A stretch of 64,000 nt of DNA from an uncultured Piscirickettsiaceae bacterium (GCA_964598235.1 CAZRAY010000003.1:77-64076); one strand, 5' to 3'; positions 1 through 10,055 are shown, counted from the first letter of the stretch. The notes: a model not told the origin generated them from the sequence alone. Program-made: numbers and translations.

Positions 1-246
1 TGATTTTCGCATTGTAGAACCTCTATTTTTAGTTTATAGAAAATTCTACTTATTCGGTCACTTATTTTCCGGGGGGATTACCCCAGTTCTCAATTATATA
101 CATATATACGGAATAGTATTCTTTCGTATTGTCATATTAAAGTATTAAACCGAGAGCCAATAGGCCAGACCAAGTTGGCCTTAACTGATTGATAACACTA
201 ACGAGAGTATCCTGATTTCATGCTAGAGATCCTCTCACATTATCAC

Positions 247-513
247 TTACTGATAAATTGAACGTCGATGGCCAATAACCGCTGCGAGTATGATGAGTTC
301 ATCATCTTGGATATCGCACAAAATTCGGTAGTCGCCTACTCGGTATCGCCAAAAAATCCCTAGCTCTCCTTTTAGTGGTTTGCCAAGATCTCTTGGGTCA
401 TCAAGTATGGCTACCCTGTCGTTGAGATAATCCATGATCCTTTGTGCATCGGGATTATCTAACTTTCGTAAGGACTTGATGGCTGAATTTGAATAATTAA
501 TCGTCCAAGCCAA
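247..513 (-). CDS. Type II toxin, RelE/ParE family (88 aa)
   Basis: The 88-aa ORF has the typical RelE/ParE C-terminal region (RYRVGDYRILCDI...IILAAVIGHRRSIY). It overlaps the upstream antitoxin ORF by 17 nt. Confidence 0.8.
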   Translation of the reverse strand: MAWTINYSNSAIKSLRKLDNPDAQRIMDYLNDRVAILDDPRDLGKPLKGELGIFWRYRVGDYRILCDIQDDELIILAAVIGHRRSIYQ

Positions 514-721
514 GCTTTGTTTTCACTTCTTCAATTGAATATGTTTTTTCTTTGCCTTGCTTAATACGATCTAATACACCGGCTGTGAGGTAATAATCTT
601 CTAGATCTTCTAAATGCGTCAAGATAGCTTCTCTGGCATAGAATGTTTTCGTTCTACCTGTCGATTCTGCCAGCATGGCTAAGCGGCTTTCTATTTCTGG
701 TGGGAGCCTAAGTGCCAGCAT
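497..721 (-). CDS. Ribbon-helix-helix (CopG/RelB/ParD-like) antitoxin (74 aa)
   Basis: Small ORF directly upstream of, and overlapping, the RelE/ParE toxin. The N-terminal LRLPPEIESRLAMLAESTGRTK looks like an RHH beta-strand/helix, and the C-terminal tail is acidic. Confidence 0.75.
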   Translation of the reverse strand: MLALRLPPEIESRLAMLAESTGRTKTFYAREAILTHLEDLEDYYLTAGVLDRIKQGKEKTYSIEEVKTKLGLDD

Positions 722-743
722 AAATTTCTCCTAAACTTGTTTT

Positions 744-759
744 GATATACAAGTATATC
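744..759 (-). promoter_or_regulatory. Candidate operator of the RHH-antitoxin/RelE module (perfect inverted repeat GATATAC-AA-GTATATC)
   Basis: Perfect 7-bp arms with a 2-nt spacer lie 23-38 nt upstream of the antitoxin start codon (721). RHH antitoxins bind palindromes of this kind. Confidence 0.5.
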
Positions 760-768
760 ATGGTTGCA

Positions 769-1035
769 TTATGCATAATGCGTCCAAAGGCGAATAACTT
801 TAATGATTTTTTCTTCTTCACATATTTGATAAACAAGCCGATGTTGAATGTTGATCCTTCTGGAGTAGGCACCAGCCAAATCGCCAATTAGTTTTTCATA
901 GGGTGGTGGGTTTTGGTAAGGATTTTCTTGGATAATATCGAGCAAGGAAAGTGCTTTATCTTTTAAGCCAGAGGATGATAGTTTCTTGGCATCTTTTTGG
1001 GCTTGTTTGGTATACACCAATTCCCAGTTCACCAA
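769..1035 (-). CDS. yoeB: Type II toxin, YoeB/Txe family (88 aa)
   Basis: Full-length resemblance to YoeB (MVNWELVYTKQAQKDAKKL...YSRRINIQHRLVY...IKVIRLWTHY). Overlaps the upstream YefM-like ORF by 7 nt. Confidence 0.85.
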   Translation of the reverse strand: MVNWELVYTKQAQKDAKKLSSSGLKDKALSLLDIIQENPYQNPPPYEKLIGDLAGAYSRRINIQHRLVYQICEEEKIIKVIRLWTHYA

Positions 1036-1271
1036 TCAAGCTCCGTTGTGCTGTCGCTTAAATCTTCATTTAAGCCTTCGCGGATAGATTCACGCATACC
1101 GGGGATAGAGAGCAGATACAGGGTTTCAGAAATCGCATTCCAATCTTCTTCTGAGACTAAGACCGCATTGCTTCGTTTGCCTGTAATAACGATGGGCTTA
1201 TGTGTGTTGGCCGTTTCGTCGATCAGCGTATAGAGTTTGGATCGTGCTTCAGTTGCGTTGAGTGTTGTCAT
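1029..1271 (-). CDS. yefM: Type II antitoxin, YefM/Phd family (80 aa)
   Basis: MTTLNATEARSKLYTLIDE...PIVITGKRSNAVLVSEEDWNAISETLYL is a typical Phd/YefM sequence. The ATG at 1271 is preceded by GGAGG (complement of 1277-1281). The longer ORF-track version (to 1574) would run into recC and was rejected. Confidence 0.85.
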   Translation of the reverse strand: MTTLNATEARSKLYTLIDETANTHKPIVITGKRSNAVLVSEEDWNAISETLYLLSIPGMRESIREGLNEDLSDSTTELDW

Positions 1272-1295
1272 GTTTTTACCTCCATAAAATACATA

Positions 1296-1311
1296 GTACG
1301 TTATAGCGTAC
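1296..1311. promoter_or_regulatory. Candidate YefM-YoeB operator (GTACG-TTATAG-CGTAC) in the yefM/recC divergent intergenic region
   Basis: Perfect 5-bp inverted repeat with GTAC cores, 25 nt upstream of the yefM ATG. The E. coli yefM-yoeB operators are GTAC-core palindromes. Confidence 0.45.
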
Positions 1312-1410
1312 GCTTGGTCAATTTTAATCATTGGACAGATTATTATTGTTGTTAGCCAATAGCTTTCGATATGATGGTGGGATGGGAATCGAAAAACAAA
1401 AAACCACGCC

Positions 1411-4400
1411 ATGTTGAAGCTGGTCTCTAGCAATGATATGAATGCGTTGGCAACACGGCTATCGCAGGAGATGGCGGATGCACCCTTATCGCCGCTGGTG
1501 GCGGAAACGGTGGTGGTGCAGAGTAATGAGTTGTCGCGTTGGCTATCTTTATTCTTGGCAAAGCAGCATGGCATTGCGAGTCATATTGCGTTTCCTTATC
1601 CCTCGGCTTTTATTTGGTCAGTATTTCGTCAGCTTCTCCCTAATATCCCTAAAGAATCGGCCTTTTCGACCGATGCGATGACATGGCGCTTATTTGAATT
1701 ATTGCCGAGTTGCCGCAAGCAGTCAGGATTTGAACAGATTGATGCCTATTTGGGCGCAACGGGCGATCCACTTAAAACCTACACCTTAGCCAATCGCATT
1801 GCGGATAGTTTTGATCAGTATTTGATGTATCGTGCGGATTGGATTGCAGATTGGGAGGCGGGTAAGGAATCACATTGGCAGGCGCAGTTATGGCGATTGC
1901 TGGTGGGCGGTGAAAAGCGGCCGATGCATCGCGCCAATTTATTGCTGCAATTAAAAACGTATTTAGCCTCGGCAACGGATCGACCTATAGGATTACCTGA
2001 ACGGATCAGTATCTTTGGCTTATCTGCTTTACCGCCGGTTTATTTAGAACTCTTTGAGTTGATGGTGCGGCATTGTGAGATAACGGTTTATTTTTTATCC
2101 CCCAGCGAGGCATATTGGGGCGATTTGATGGATGCGAAAGCGCAAGCGCGGCGCGTGGTGTCGGCACCGGAGCAGGCGGGTTATTTAGAAGTGGGGCATC
2201 CATTATTGGCGAGTTTAGGCAAACAAGGGCAGGTGTTTTTTGAGCAGTTACAAGCCTGCGAACCTGAGCCAATCGATCTTTTCAGTGCGCCTAAGCAGGC
2301 ATCCTTATTAGGCCAATTGCAATATGATATTTTTGCATTGAATAATCCTGATGAGGCATTAGAAAAGCAGAATATTCGATTAGAGGACGATTCGATTCAG
2401 GTGCATGCCTGCCATAGCGCGATGCGTGAGATTGAGGTGTTGCATGATCAGTTATTAGCGTTATTTGAACGTTATCCTGATTTATCGCCTACTGATATTG
2501 TGGTGATGACGCCGGATATGACCTTGTACACACCCTGGATCGATGCGGTGTTTGGTTGCGCAGAAGCGGGGCAACGTATTCCTTATGGTATTGCGAATGA
2601 TGCCGCTGCGCCGAGCCAAATATTAACGGCCTTTGAAAGCTTATTGGATTTACCACAATCACGGTTTGATGTGGAAAGCATCGTGAGTTTGTTGGAATGC
2701 ACGGCGATCCAAAATCGGTTTGCCTTAGATGAAGATAAGCTCGATACGATACGCCATTGGTTGCGGGAAACGCATACGCATTGGGGCTTATCTGCTGCGG
2801 ATAAAGCGGCATTAGATTTGCCAGCGGATGATGCAAATACCTGGCGCGCAGGCTTGGATAGATTGTTGCTGGGTTATGCCTTGCCCTTGGGCAACGATGT
2901 TGATGACTGGCATTTGTTTGAAGGTAAGCTGGGTTTCGATGGCATTACAGGGCAGCGCGCTGAGACGATGGCGCAGCTCTGTGCTTTTATTGATGCCTTG
3001 GATCGTTTTCGGCAGCGATTAAAACACGATATGCAGGTTGCAGATTGGCAAACTTTATTGCTGACCTTGTTAGATGTGTTCTTTAAGCCTGCAATGGAAA
3101 ATCAGCAAGATGAAGCTGAATGTTTGTTGATCCGAAAATCGTTAGATAGCTTGGTTGAAACAACGGGATTAGCAGGGTTTGAACAAACTATATCAATAGA
3201 TTTAATCAAAGAATGGCTACTTGGCCATATTGATACCGCCGGATCACAAACGCATTTCATGGGGCATGGCGTGACTTTCTGCGGTATGGTGCCGATGCGG
3301 AGTATTCCATTTAGGGTGGTGTGTTTGATTGGGATGAATGATGCCAGTTATCCACGCAGAGAAACCAAGTTGGGCTTTGATTTAATGGCCTCAACGCCTG
3401 CGCGGCAGGGAGATCGTTCTAAGCGAGATGATGATCGTTATTTATTTTTAGAATCCCTGTTATCCGCTCAATCACATTTTTATATCAGCTATGTGGGCGC
3501 GAGCATCAGTGATAATTCGGCGATTCCACCGTCGGTATTGGTGAGCGATGTGCGGGATGTGTTGCGGCAAAGTTTTGCTTCAGCGGAGGAGGAAGATATT
3601 TGGCAGCAGATATTAACAACACATCCTTTGCAGTCTTTTAGCCGACGTTATTTTGATGGCACATCAGATAAGTTATTTAGCTATGCGGCAGAAAATTGTC
3701 CACCGAGCAAGGCGGGGGAAAAGGCTGCGGCATGGTTTGAGGGCAGGATAGCAATAGAAGGCGAAGACAATATTTTGAGCCTATCTGCATTACAGGCCTT
3801 TTTCCGTCATCCTGCTAAAGCATTGCTTAATCAGCGCTTAGGCTTGTGGTTTAGAGAGGAAGATGCACAGCTAGAAAGCCGAGAACCGTTTGATTTGGAT
3901 CATCTGAGCGCTTGGCAGTTGCGTCAGCAGCTATTGGCACAATATGGGCACTATGGAGAGGTGTCTGACGTTTTGCCGCTTATTCAGGCAAGCGGTGTGT
4001 TGCCACAGGGTATATTGGGTGAACAGGTGTTTGAGAAGCAAGCCGATCGCGTGGCAGCATTTGCTGAAAAGTTATTGCAAGAAAGACCCGCAGAAACTTT
4101 AGAACCCATTCCATTTGAATTAGGTTTAGGAAGGGCCACTTTAGTCGGCAGCTTGACTGGCCTTGCTGAAAGCGGTCATTTTAGTTATCGCTTGGCGAAT
4201 GTGAAAGGCGGTGATTTGCTGGCGGTGTGGATCCAGCATTTGGCATTGAATTGCGTTAAGCCTACTGGCGTTGCCTGCGAAAGCCGCTGGATTGCAGAGA
4301 AAATAGATTATCATTTTGAGCCTGTCGTTAATGCTAAAGAGCTACTCACCGAATTAGTCGATTATTATGGGCAGGGATTGCAGCAGCCATTGCCGTTATT

Positions 4401-4629
4401 CTCGAACACCAGTTTTGCTTTTGCTAAAGCCACCATAAAAGGCGGTAAGGCTAATCCTGAAAAAGCGAAATGGGATGCATGGGAAGGCAGCCAATTCACA
4501 TCGAGCGAGCAGGCAGATGATTATCATCAGCAACTCTATACCCAGCCACCATTAGACGTGGAATTTGAACACTTAGCCTTAGCCATTTACACACCACTAC
4601 AAGCACATTTGAAAGGGGGTAAGTTATGA
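1411..4629 (+). CDS. recC: Exodeoxyribonuclease V gamma subunit RecC
   Basis: 1072-aa ORF with RecC-like length and N-terminus (MLKLVSSNDMNALATRL). Its stop overlaps the recB start (ATGA), and the gene order is recC-recB-recD. Confidence 0.9.
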   Translation: MLKLVSSNDMNALATRLSQEMADAPLSPLVAETVVVQSNELSRWLSLFLAKQHGIASHIAFPYPSAFIWSVFRQLLPNIPKESAFSTDAMTWRLFELLPSCRKQSGFEQIDAYLGATGDPLKTYTLANRIADSFDQYLMYRADWIADWEAGKESHWQAQLWRLLVGGEKRPMHRANLLLQLKTYLASATDRPIGLPERISIFGLSALPPVYLELFELMVRHCEITVYFLSPSEAYWGDLMDAKAQARRVVSAPEQAGYLEVGHPLLASLGKQGQVFFEQLQACEPEPIDLFSAPKQASLLGQLQYDIFALNNPDEALEKQNIRLEDDSIQVHACHSAMREIEVLHDQLLALFERYPDLSPTDIVVMTPDMTLYTPWIDAVFGCAEAGQRIPYGIANDAAAPSQILTAFESLLDLPQSRFDVESIVSLLECTAIQNRFALDEDKLDTIRHWLRETHTHWGLSAADKAALDLPADDANTWRAGLDRLLLGYALPLGNDVDDWHLFEGKLGFDGITGQRAETMAQLCAFIDALDRFRQRLKHDMQVADWQTLLLTLLDVFFKPAMENQQDEAECLLIRKSLDSLVETTGLAGFEQTISIDLIKEWLLGHIDTAGSQTHFMGHGVTFCGMVPMRSIPFRVVCLIGMNDASYPRRETKLGFDLMASTPARQGDRSKRDDDRYLFLESLLSAQSHFYISYVGASISDNSAIPPSVLVSDVRDVLRQSFASAEEEDIWQQILTTHPLQSFSRRYFDGTSDKLFSYAAENCPPSKAGEKAAAWFEGRIAIEGEDNILSLSALQAFFRHPAKALLNQRLGLWFREEDAQLESREPFDLDHLSAWQLRQQLLAQYGHYGEVSDVLPLIQASGVLPQGILGEQVFEKQADRVAAFAEKLLQERPAETLEPIPFELGLGRATLVGSLTGLAESGHFSYRLANVKGGDLLAVWIQHLALNCVKPTGVACESRWIAEKIDYHFEPVVNAKELLTELVDYYGQGLQQPLPLFSNTSFAFAKATIKGGKANPEKAKWDAWEGSQFTSSEQADDYHQQLYTQPPLDVEFEHLALAIYTPLQAHLKGGKL

Positions 4630-7600
4630 CCGCCTTCGATAGCAACACCGTTAAGCTAGCAGGATTAAATTTGATTGAGGCCAGCGCGGGCACGGGTAAA
4701 ACCTATACCTTGGCAGAGCTTTATTTACGGTTAATTTTAGAAAGCGGTTTAACCGTCGATCAAATATTAGTGGTGACCTATACCAAGGCGGCGACACAAG
4801 AATTGCGAGATCGCTTGCGGCAAAAGCTGGTGGATGCACGAGATGCACTTTTGGGCTTGGTGGAGACGACAGATATTGAGCCGATTAAGCGCCTTGTCTC
4901 AGCAGAAGAAAAGGCAACGGCAAGTCGATCTTTAAATTTAGCCATTCAAAGTTTTGATGAAGCCGCTATATTTACGATTCATGGTTTTTGCCAACGGGTG
5001 TTAGGCGATTTTGCATTCGAGAGCGGCTTGCCATTTGAGTTGGAATTGGTCGGTGATGACGTTGCATTATTGCAAGCGGCAACCGATGATTTTTGGCGGC
5101 GAGAAGTGGTGACAACAGGGCGAGAGACGGTTGCCTATTTAGTGGCAAAAAATGAAACACCGGAGACCTTATTAAAATCCGTTCGCAGCTTGATTGGTAA
5201 GCCTTATCTGACTTATTTGCCTGTGGCTGTCTTGGATGTTGAAGAGTGTGTGGCAGACGTGCAGGCGCAATTTGAACGCGTACAAACACTATGGTTACAG
5301 GAGCGGGAAGCTGTTGTTGAAACGTTGAATGATAGCGCGCTCTTAAGCCAAGCTTCTTATAAGCCTGCGAAGGTAAAAGAAGTTTTACAAGCATTGGAAA
5401 GCTTGCTGGTACAAACACAATTGCCGAGCATACTATTTAAAGATTTTGCCCACTTCACTCAGACTAAAATAGGCGGAGCGGTTAAAAAAGGCCAAGTATT
5501 GCCTGAATGTCGATTCTGGTCGGCTTGTGATCGCTTATTGGAGCTCTGCACACAGCGGCAAGCGTCAATGGAATTACAACGACAGCAGTTACGCGTAAAA
5601 CTGCTCACCTATCTGCATGAGGTGTTGCCGCAGCGGAAACAACAGCAACAAGTGCAATCTTATGATGATTTATTGCTGAATTTAGAGCAGGCATTGAATG
5701 GCATACAAGGTGATTGGCTGGTGGGGAAATTACGCGAGCAATATCCAGCGGCTTTGATTGATGAATTCCAAGATACCGATCCGATTCAATATGCGAGCTT
5801 TAGTCGGATTTATGCCGAAAGTGGTTTGCCAACCTTTTTAGTCGGTGATCCTAAGCAGGCGATTTATAGTTTCCGTGGTGCAGATATTTTCACGTATTTG
5901 CAGGCAAAAGACGCGGCGGAGCATACGCATACGCTGACCACAAACTGGCGCTCTCATCCAAAGTTGGTGACAGCCGTTAATACCGTATTTGAACGCGCGG
6001 AAAACGAGCCATTCCATTATGCAGAAATTCCATTTCAAGCTGTGGGGGCGGCGCGAGAAGATTTGCCGACTTTTACGGTAGACGGCGAGATGGCGGCACC
6101 CTTACAAATATTATGGGCTGGCGGCGAAGAGAAGATTGCAAAAAAACAGATGGCAACCCTCGCAGCAGAAACAACGGCAAATGAAATCACGAGATTGCTG
6201 AACCAATCAGCAGCAGGCAACACTCAGTTAACAGATGAAAAAGGCAAGAAACCGCAAGCAATAGTGGGCGGGGATATTGCCGTGTTGGTGCGTAAAAACA
6301 CCCAAGCCGTTGCGGTGCAATTGGCATTGCAGGCGCGTGGTATTAATAGTGTACAACAAGGCAAAGAGAATATATTTTATTCCCATGAAGCCCAGCAGTT
6401 AGAGCGAATATTACAGGCCATTGCACAGCCGAGTAATGAGACGCGGGTGAAGGCAGCATTGGTGACTGATTTGTGGGGCATGAGCGCGAATACGCTTTAT
6501 GAATTGGAGCAGAATGATCAGCAATGGCAGGCGATATTGGATGTGTTTTATGAATTACATCAGCTATGGCAGCAATATGGTTTTATGCGCATGTTTCGAC
6601 AATGGTTAACCACACATTCAGTTCAACAACATGCACTTACATTGCCAAATGGAGAAAGAATATTAACTAACTTAAACCATCTGGCCGAGCTGATTCAAGC
6701 ACAAAGTAGCGAACAGAAAAGTGGCATGGAAGCGATTTTACATTGGTTGGCATTGCATAGACAATCCTCGGATCAAGGCAATGATGAAACAGGACAATTG
6801 CGTTTAGAAAGCGATGAGCAATTGGTGAAGATCATTACGATTCATAAGAGCAAAGGCTTGGAATATCCTATCGTATTTTGTCCGTTCTTATGGGATGCGA
6901 ATTTGCGGGCTAAGAAAAATGAAGTAATTAGCTTTCATGGTTCGACAAGCTCACCACTAACGGAGGAAAAGAAGGTGGCGTATGTGGCGTTCGCAGAGCC
7001 AGATTTATCGGAAGCTGCCGAGATTGCCACAGCAGAAGAGCGAGCGGAAGATTGCCGGCTATTATATGTCGCGCTCACTCGGGCAAAAGAGCGCTGTGTG
7101 ATTGTGTGGGGACCAGCAAAATTTCAGCAAGGTTCGCATGTGACGGATGCTGCATTATTTAGCTTGCTTCACCCGACATTAACCGATCTGAATGGCCCAG
7201 AGATGAAGGCGGATTTAGACGCATTAGCGGCAAAGAATGCAGAAACAATGTCAGTAACGACAATTCAGCCAGATGAATACATTGCCTATCAAGCGGACAC
7301 AGCATCAGAAACGGCACTTACACCGCGTCAATTTAAAGGCACGATTCAAGTGCCTTGGATGATGGGTAGCTTTAGCGGGTTAACGCGATCATCGCGTCAT
7401 CATCATGATGTGGAATTGCCTGATTATGATGCATATCAAATATCAGATTTGATGCTGGCTCCTACGCCGCTGACTGCGGAGCTGAATCGCTTTAGCTTTC
7501 CGCGTGGCGCACAAGCGGGCGTCTGTTTGCATGCCTTGTTTGAATATTGGGATTTCACCAGCCAAGATACAGAAGCGATGCAGACATTGGTGGCGCGTAC

Positions 7601-8231
7601 TTTATTGCAATATGGTTTTGATGCTGAGAAATGGACGGATGTGGCTTGCCAATGGTTGGGTGAGGTTTTAGCGACGTCATTAGATAATGCCGGTTTACGT
7701 TTATCTGATTTAACACCCGCCAAGCGTTTAGATGAATTAGAATTTTATTTCCCCGTGGCAGATTTAACCGTAAAAAGTTTGCAGCAGGCGTTATTGCCAA
7801 ATTTAGCAAAGAATTCTCCGTTAGCAACGGTTATCAATCGCTTAAATTTCTCGACGCTTTCAGGCTTTATGAAAGGCTTTATTGATCTTGTATTTGAGCA
7901 TGACGGGCGATTTTATGTCGTGGATTATAAATCGAATCACCTAGGCGACACAGCGGCTGACTATCAGGGAGATGCGCTTGATAATGCGATGATTAGCCAT
8001 GATTATCCCTTGCAATATGCGATCTATAGCCTTGCGCTACACCGTTATTTGAAACTACGCATGCCAGACTACGATCCTGAGCAGCATTTTGGCGGCGTGT
8101 ATTACCTGTTTATCCGTGGCATGTATCCAGAAGATGGCCAAGGTGAGGGTAGGAGCGGGATTTTCTTCGATAAGCCGTCACAAGCGTTGCTAGACGCTCT
8201 GGATAGTTGTATGCGGGGTGATATACGATGA
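4626..8231 (+). CDS. recB: Exodeoxyribonuclease V beta subunit RecB (helicase-nuclease)
   Basis: 1201 aa with a UvrD-type Walker A (EASAGTGKTYT) and the C-terminal PD-(D/E)XK nuclease block (GFIDLVFEHDGRFYVVDYKSN). Confidence 0.93.
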   Translation: MTAFDSNTVKLAGLNLIEASAGTGKTYTLAELYLRLILESGLTVDQILVVTYTKAATQELRDRLRQKLVDARDALLGLVETTDIEPIKRLVSAEEKATASRSLNLAIQSFDEAAIFTIHGFCQRVLGDFAFESGLPFELELVGDDVALLQAATDDFWRREVVTTGRETVAYLVAKNETPETLLKSVRSLIGKPYLTYLPVAVLDVEECVADVQAQFERVQTLWLQEREAVVETLNDSALLSQASYKPAKVKEVLQALESLLVQTQLPSILFKDFAHFTQTKIGGAVKKGQVLPECRFWSACDRLLELCTQRQASMELQRQQLRVKLLTYLHEVLPQRKQQQQVQSYDDLLLNLEQALNGIQGDWLVGKLREQYPAALIDEFQDTDPIQYASFSRIYAESGLPTFLVGDPKQAIYSFRGADIFTYLQAKDAAEHTHTLTTNWRSHPKLVTAVNTVFERAENEPFHYAEIPFQAVGAAREDLPTFTVDGEMAAPLQILWAGGEEKIAKKQMATLAAETTANEITRLLNQSAAGNTQLTDEKGKKPQAIVGGDIAVLVRKNTQAVAVQLALQARGINSVQQGKENIFYSHEAQQLERILQAIAQPSNETRVKAALVTDLWGMSANTLYELEQNDQQWQAILDVFYELHQLWQQYGFMRMFRQWLTTHSVQQHALTLPNGERILTNLNHLAELIQAQSSEQKSGMEAILHWLALHRQSSDQGNDETGQLRLESDEQLVKIITIHKSKGLEYPIVFCPFLWDANLRAKKNEVISFHGSTSSPLTEEKKVAYVAFAEPDLSEAAEIATAEERAEDCRLLYVALTRAKERCVIVWGPAKFQQGSHVTDAALFSLLHPTLTDLNGPEMKADLDALAAKNAETMSVTTIQPDEYIAYQADTASETALTPRQFKGTIQVPWMMGSFSGLTRSSRHHHDVELPDYDAYQISDLMLAPTPLTAELNRFSFPRGAQAGVCLHALFEYWDFTSQDTEAMQTLVARTLLQYGFDAEKWTDVACQWLGEVLATSLDNAGLRLSDLTPAKRLDELEFYFPVADLTVKSLQQALLPNLAKNSPLATVINRLNFSTLSGFMKGFIDLVFEHDGRFYVVDYKSNHLGDTAADYQGDALDNAMISHDYPLQYAIYSLALHRYLKLRMPDYDPEQHFGGVYYLFIRGMYPEDGQGEGRSGIFFDKPSQALLDALDSCMRGDIR

Positions 8232-9976
8232 AATCCCTTATCAGACAATTCCAACAAGCAGGCGTCAGTGAATTAGCCATCCAATTTGCCAAGTTTATCG
8301 GGCGCTTAGAAGATGATAATCAAAAAGAGATTGCTATTGCCGCAGCCTTAGCCAGCGAAGCAGTACAACAAGGCCATGTCTGTTTAGATTTGGCAAGGGC
8401 ATGGACGCTCTTCCCGGAATGGGCGGATTGGGTGCCGCAAAATATCAGCGATTGGATAGCGATATTGAGGCAAAGCACATCGGTCGGTGATGAAGGTGAA
8501 TTCAAGCCGCTTATCCTAACCGAAGCGGGGCAACTTTATTTATATCGCTATTGGCAGGATGAATGTACGGTTGCGCGCTTAATTCAAGCGCGATGCAAGC
8601 CTGTTGACGTTGATGTCGCTTTATTGCAATCAGGTTTTGAAGCTTGGCCATCATCGGTTGACGGCGTGGACTGGCAGAAAGTCGCGGTATTGATGGCGCT
8701 AACGCGGCAATTCAGCGTTATCTCAGGTGGGCCCGGCACAGGTAAAACAACCGTTATCGCACAAGTCTTGCGCCTATTACGTCAGCAGTCAGTTGATACA
8801 CGGATCAGCTTCGCGGCACCGACAGGCAAGGCGGCGGCTAGGATGCAGCAAGTCATTTCGAAAGAGGGCGCAGAAAACACAATAGAAGCCAAAACAATTC
8901 ATCGCTTATTGGGCATCACGTCGATGCGAGAGCAAGGCAAGTATCATGCTGATAATCCCTTGCCATTAGATGTGTTGATTATTGATGAAGCATCGATGAT
9001 TGATATCAGTTTGATGGCGCAAATATTAGCCGCATTGCCTGCCGCGGCACAACTGATTTTATTGGGTGATAGCCGGCAACTTGCTTCCGTTGAATCGGGG
9101 GCGGTGTTGGATAATTTATGTCGTGGCGAGGTGAGCCTATCAGCGGAATTTGTATCACAGCTGAAAGCGGTAACGGGGATAGAATTAGCAGAAAACACAT
9201 CTGCAAAAATGCCATTGATAGATTCAATGGTGATATTGCAGCATAGCTATCGCTTTGCTGAGGATAGCATCGTCGGGCAATTAGCATCGAGCACCTTAGC
9301 AGGCGATGCGGATGCCACGATGAGCTTACTGCAGAGCAATAAAAAGTATTGGCAAGCCACACAAAATGAATCCGAAATCGACAAGGCAATTGTGGCGGGT
9401 TATCAGCCTTATATCCAAGCCATCATGGATCATGCCGCGCCAGAAGCGTGTTTAGCAGCATTCGAGCGTTATCGCATGTTATGTGCCTTACGAAAAGGTC
9501 CGCAGTCAGTCGCCGCTGCGAATGCCATTTTAACCCGAACATTACGGCGACTAGGCTGGCAAACTGATCAGCCGTTTTATCATGGCCAAGCGATTATGAT
9601 CACGCAAAATAGCTATCAATTGCAGCTATTCAACGGCGATACAGGCTTGATATTGCCACACCCCGAAACAAGAGAATTGCAAGCCTGCTTCATCAGCGAA
9701 CAGGGTTTAAAATGGATTTTGCCAATGCGATTGCCCGCGCATGAAACCGCATTCGCGATGACCGTGCATAAAGCGCAAGGCGCAGAGTTTGATCAGGTTG
9801 ATATTTTATTACCAGCACAATCCAGCCCCTTATTAAGCCGAGAACTGCTCTATACCGCGCTGACGCGTGCCAGAAATCACGTGACCTTATTGGCGAGCGA
9901 AGCAACTATTAGGCATACTATAGCAACGCGACATCAGCGAGATAGTAACTTAGCAAAACGATTGAACGATTTTTAA
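8228..9976 (+). CDS. recD: Exodeoxyribonuclease V alpha subunit RecD
   Basis: 582 aa with SF1 helicase Walker A GGPGTGKTT and a C-terminal TVHKAQGAEF motif. ATGA overlap with recB. Confidence 0.92.
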   Translation: MKSLIRQFQQAGVSELAIQFAKFIGRLEDDNQKEIAIAAALASEAVQQGHVCLDLARAWTLFPEWADWVPQNISDWIAILRQSTSVGDEGEFKPLILTEAGQLYLYRYWQDECTVARLIQARCKPVDVDVALLQSGFEAWPSSVDGVDWQKVAVLMALTRQFSVISGGPGTGKTTVIAQVLRLLRQQSVDTRISFAAPTGKAAARMQQVISKEGAENTIEAKTIHRLLGITSMREQGKYHADNPLPLDVLIIDEASMIDISLMAQILAALPAAAQLILLGDSRQLASVESGAVLDNLCRGEVSLSAEFVSQLKAVTGIELAENTSAKMPLIDSMVILQHSYRFAEDSIVGQLASSTLAGDADATMSLLQSNKKYWQATQNESEIDKAIVAGYQPYIQAIMDHAAPEACLAAFERYRMLCALRKGPQSVAAANAILTRTLRRLGWQTDQPFYHGQAIMITQNSYQLQLFNGDTGLILPHPETRELQACFISEQGLKWILPMRLPAHETAFAMTVHKAQGAEFDQVDILLPAQSSPLLSRELLYTALTRARNHVTLLASEATIRHTIATRHQRDSNLAKRLNDF

Positions 9977-9983
9977 TTGGCTC

Positions 9984-10055
9984 GTCATTCCCGAGATATT
10001 TTGATCGGGAATCCACTTTGGATACATTCTGGATCCCCGCAGTCGCGAGGATGAT
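9984..10055. repeat. Double-hairpin REP/MITE-like element, copy A (~72 nt)
   Basis: Sequence layout: GTCATTCCCGA-loop-TCGGGAATCCA ... TGGATCCCCGC-AGTC-GCGAGGATGAT. It has two stem-loops arranged as an inverted pair and the same architecture as copy B at 13766-13834. Located in the recD/HerA-like intergenic region. Confidence 0.7.

Noticed and set aside
766-781. Perfect 16-bp palindrome GCATTATGCATAATGC spanning the yoeB stop. Considered as a terminator.
   Set aside because: It has no loop, the stem is AT-rich and there is no U-run. It is more likely a protein-binding site or chance, so it is mentioned under the TA finding rather than called as a feature.
1029-1574. 181-aa ORF-track version of the YefM-like gene, extending upstream across the recC start.
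   Set aside because: The N-terminal 101 aa are low-complexity and Cys/His-rich with no family resemblance, and they would overlap recC by 164 nt. An internal ATG at 1271 with a GGAGG Shine-Dalgarno gives a canonical 80-aa YefM.
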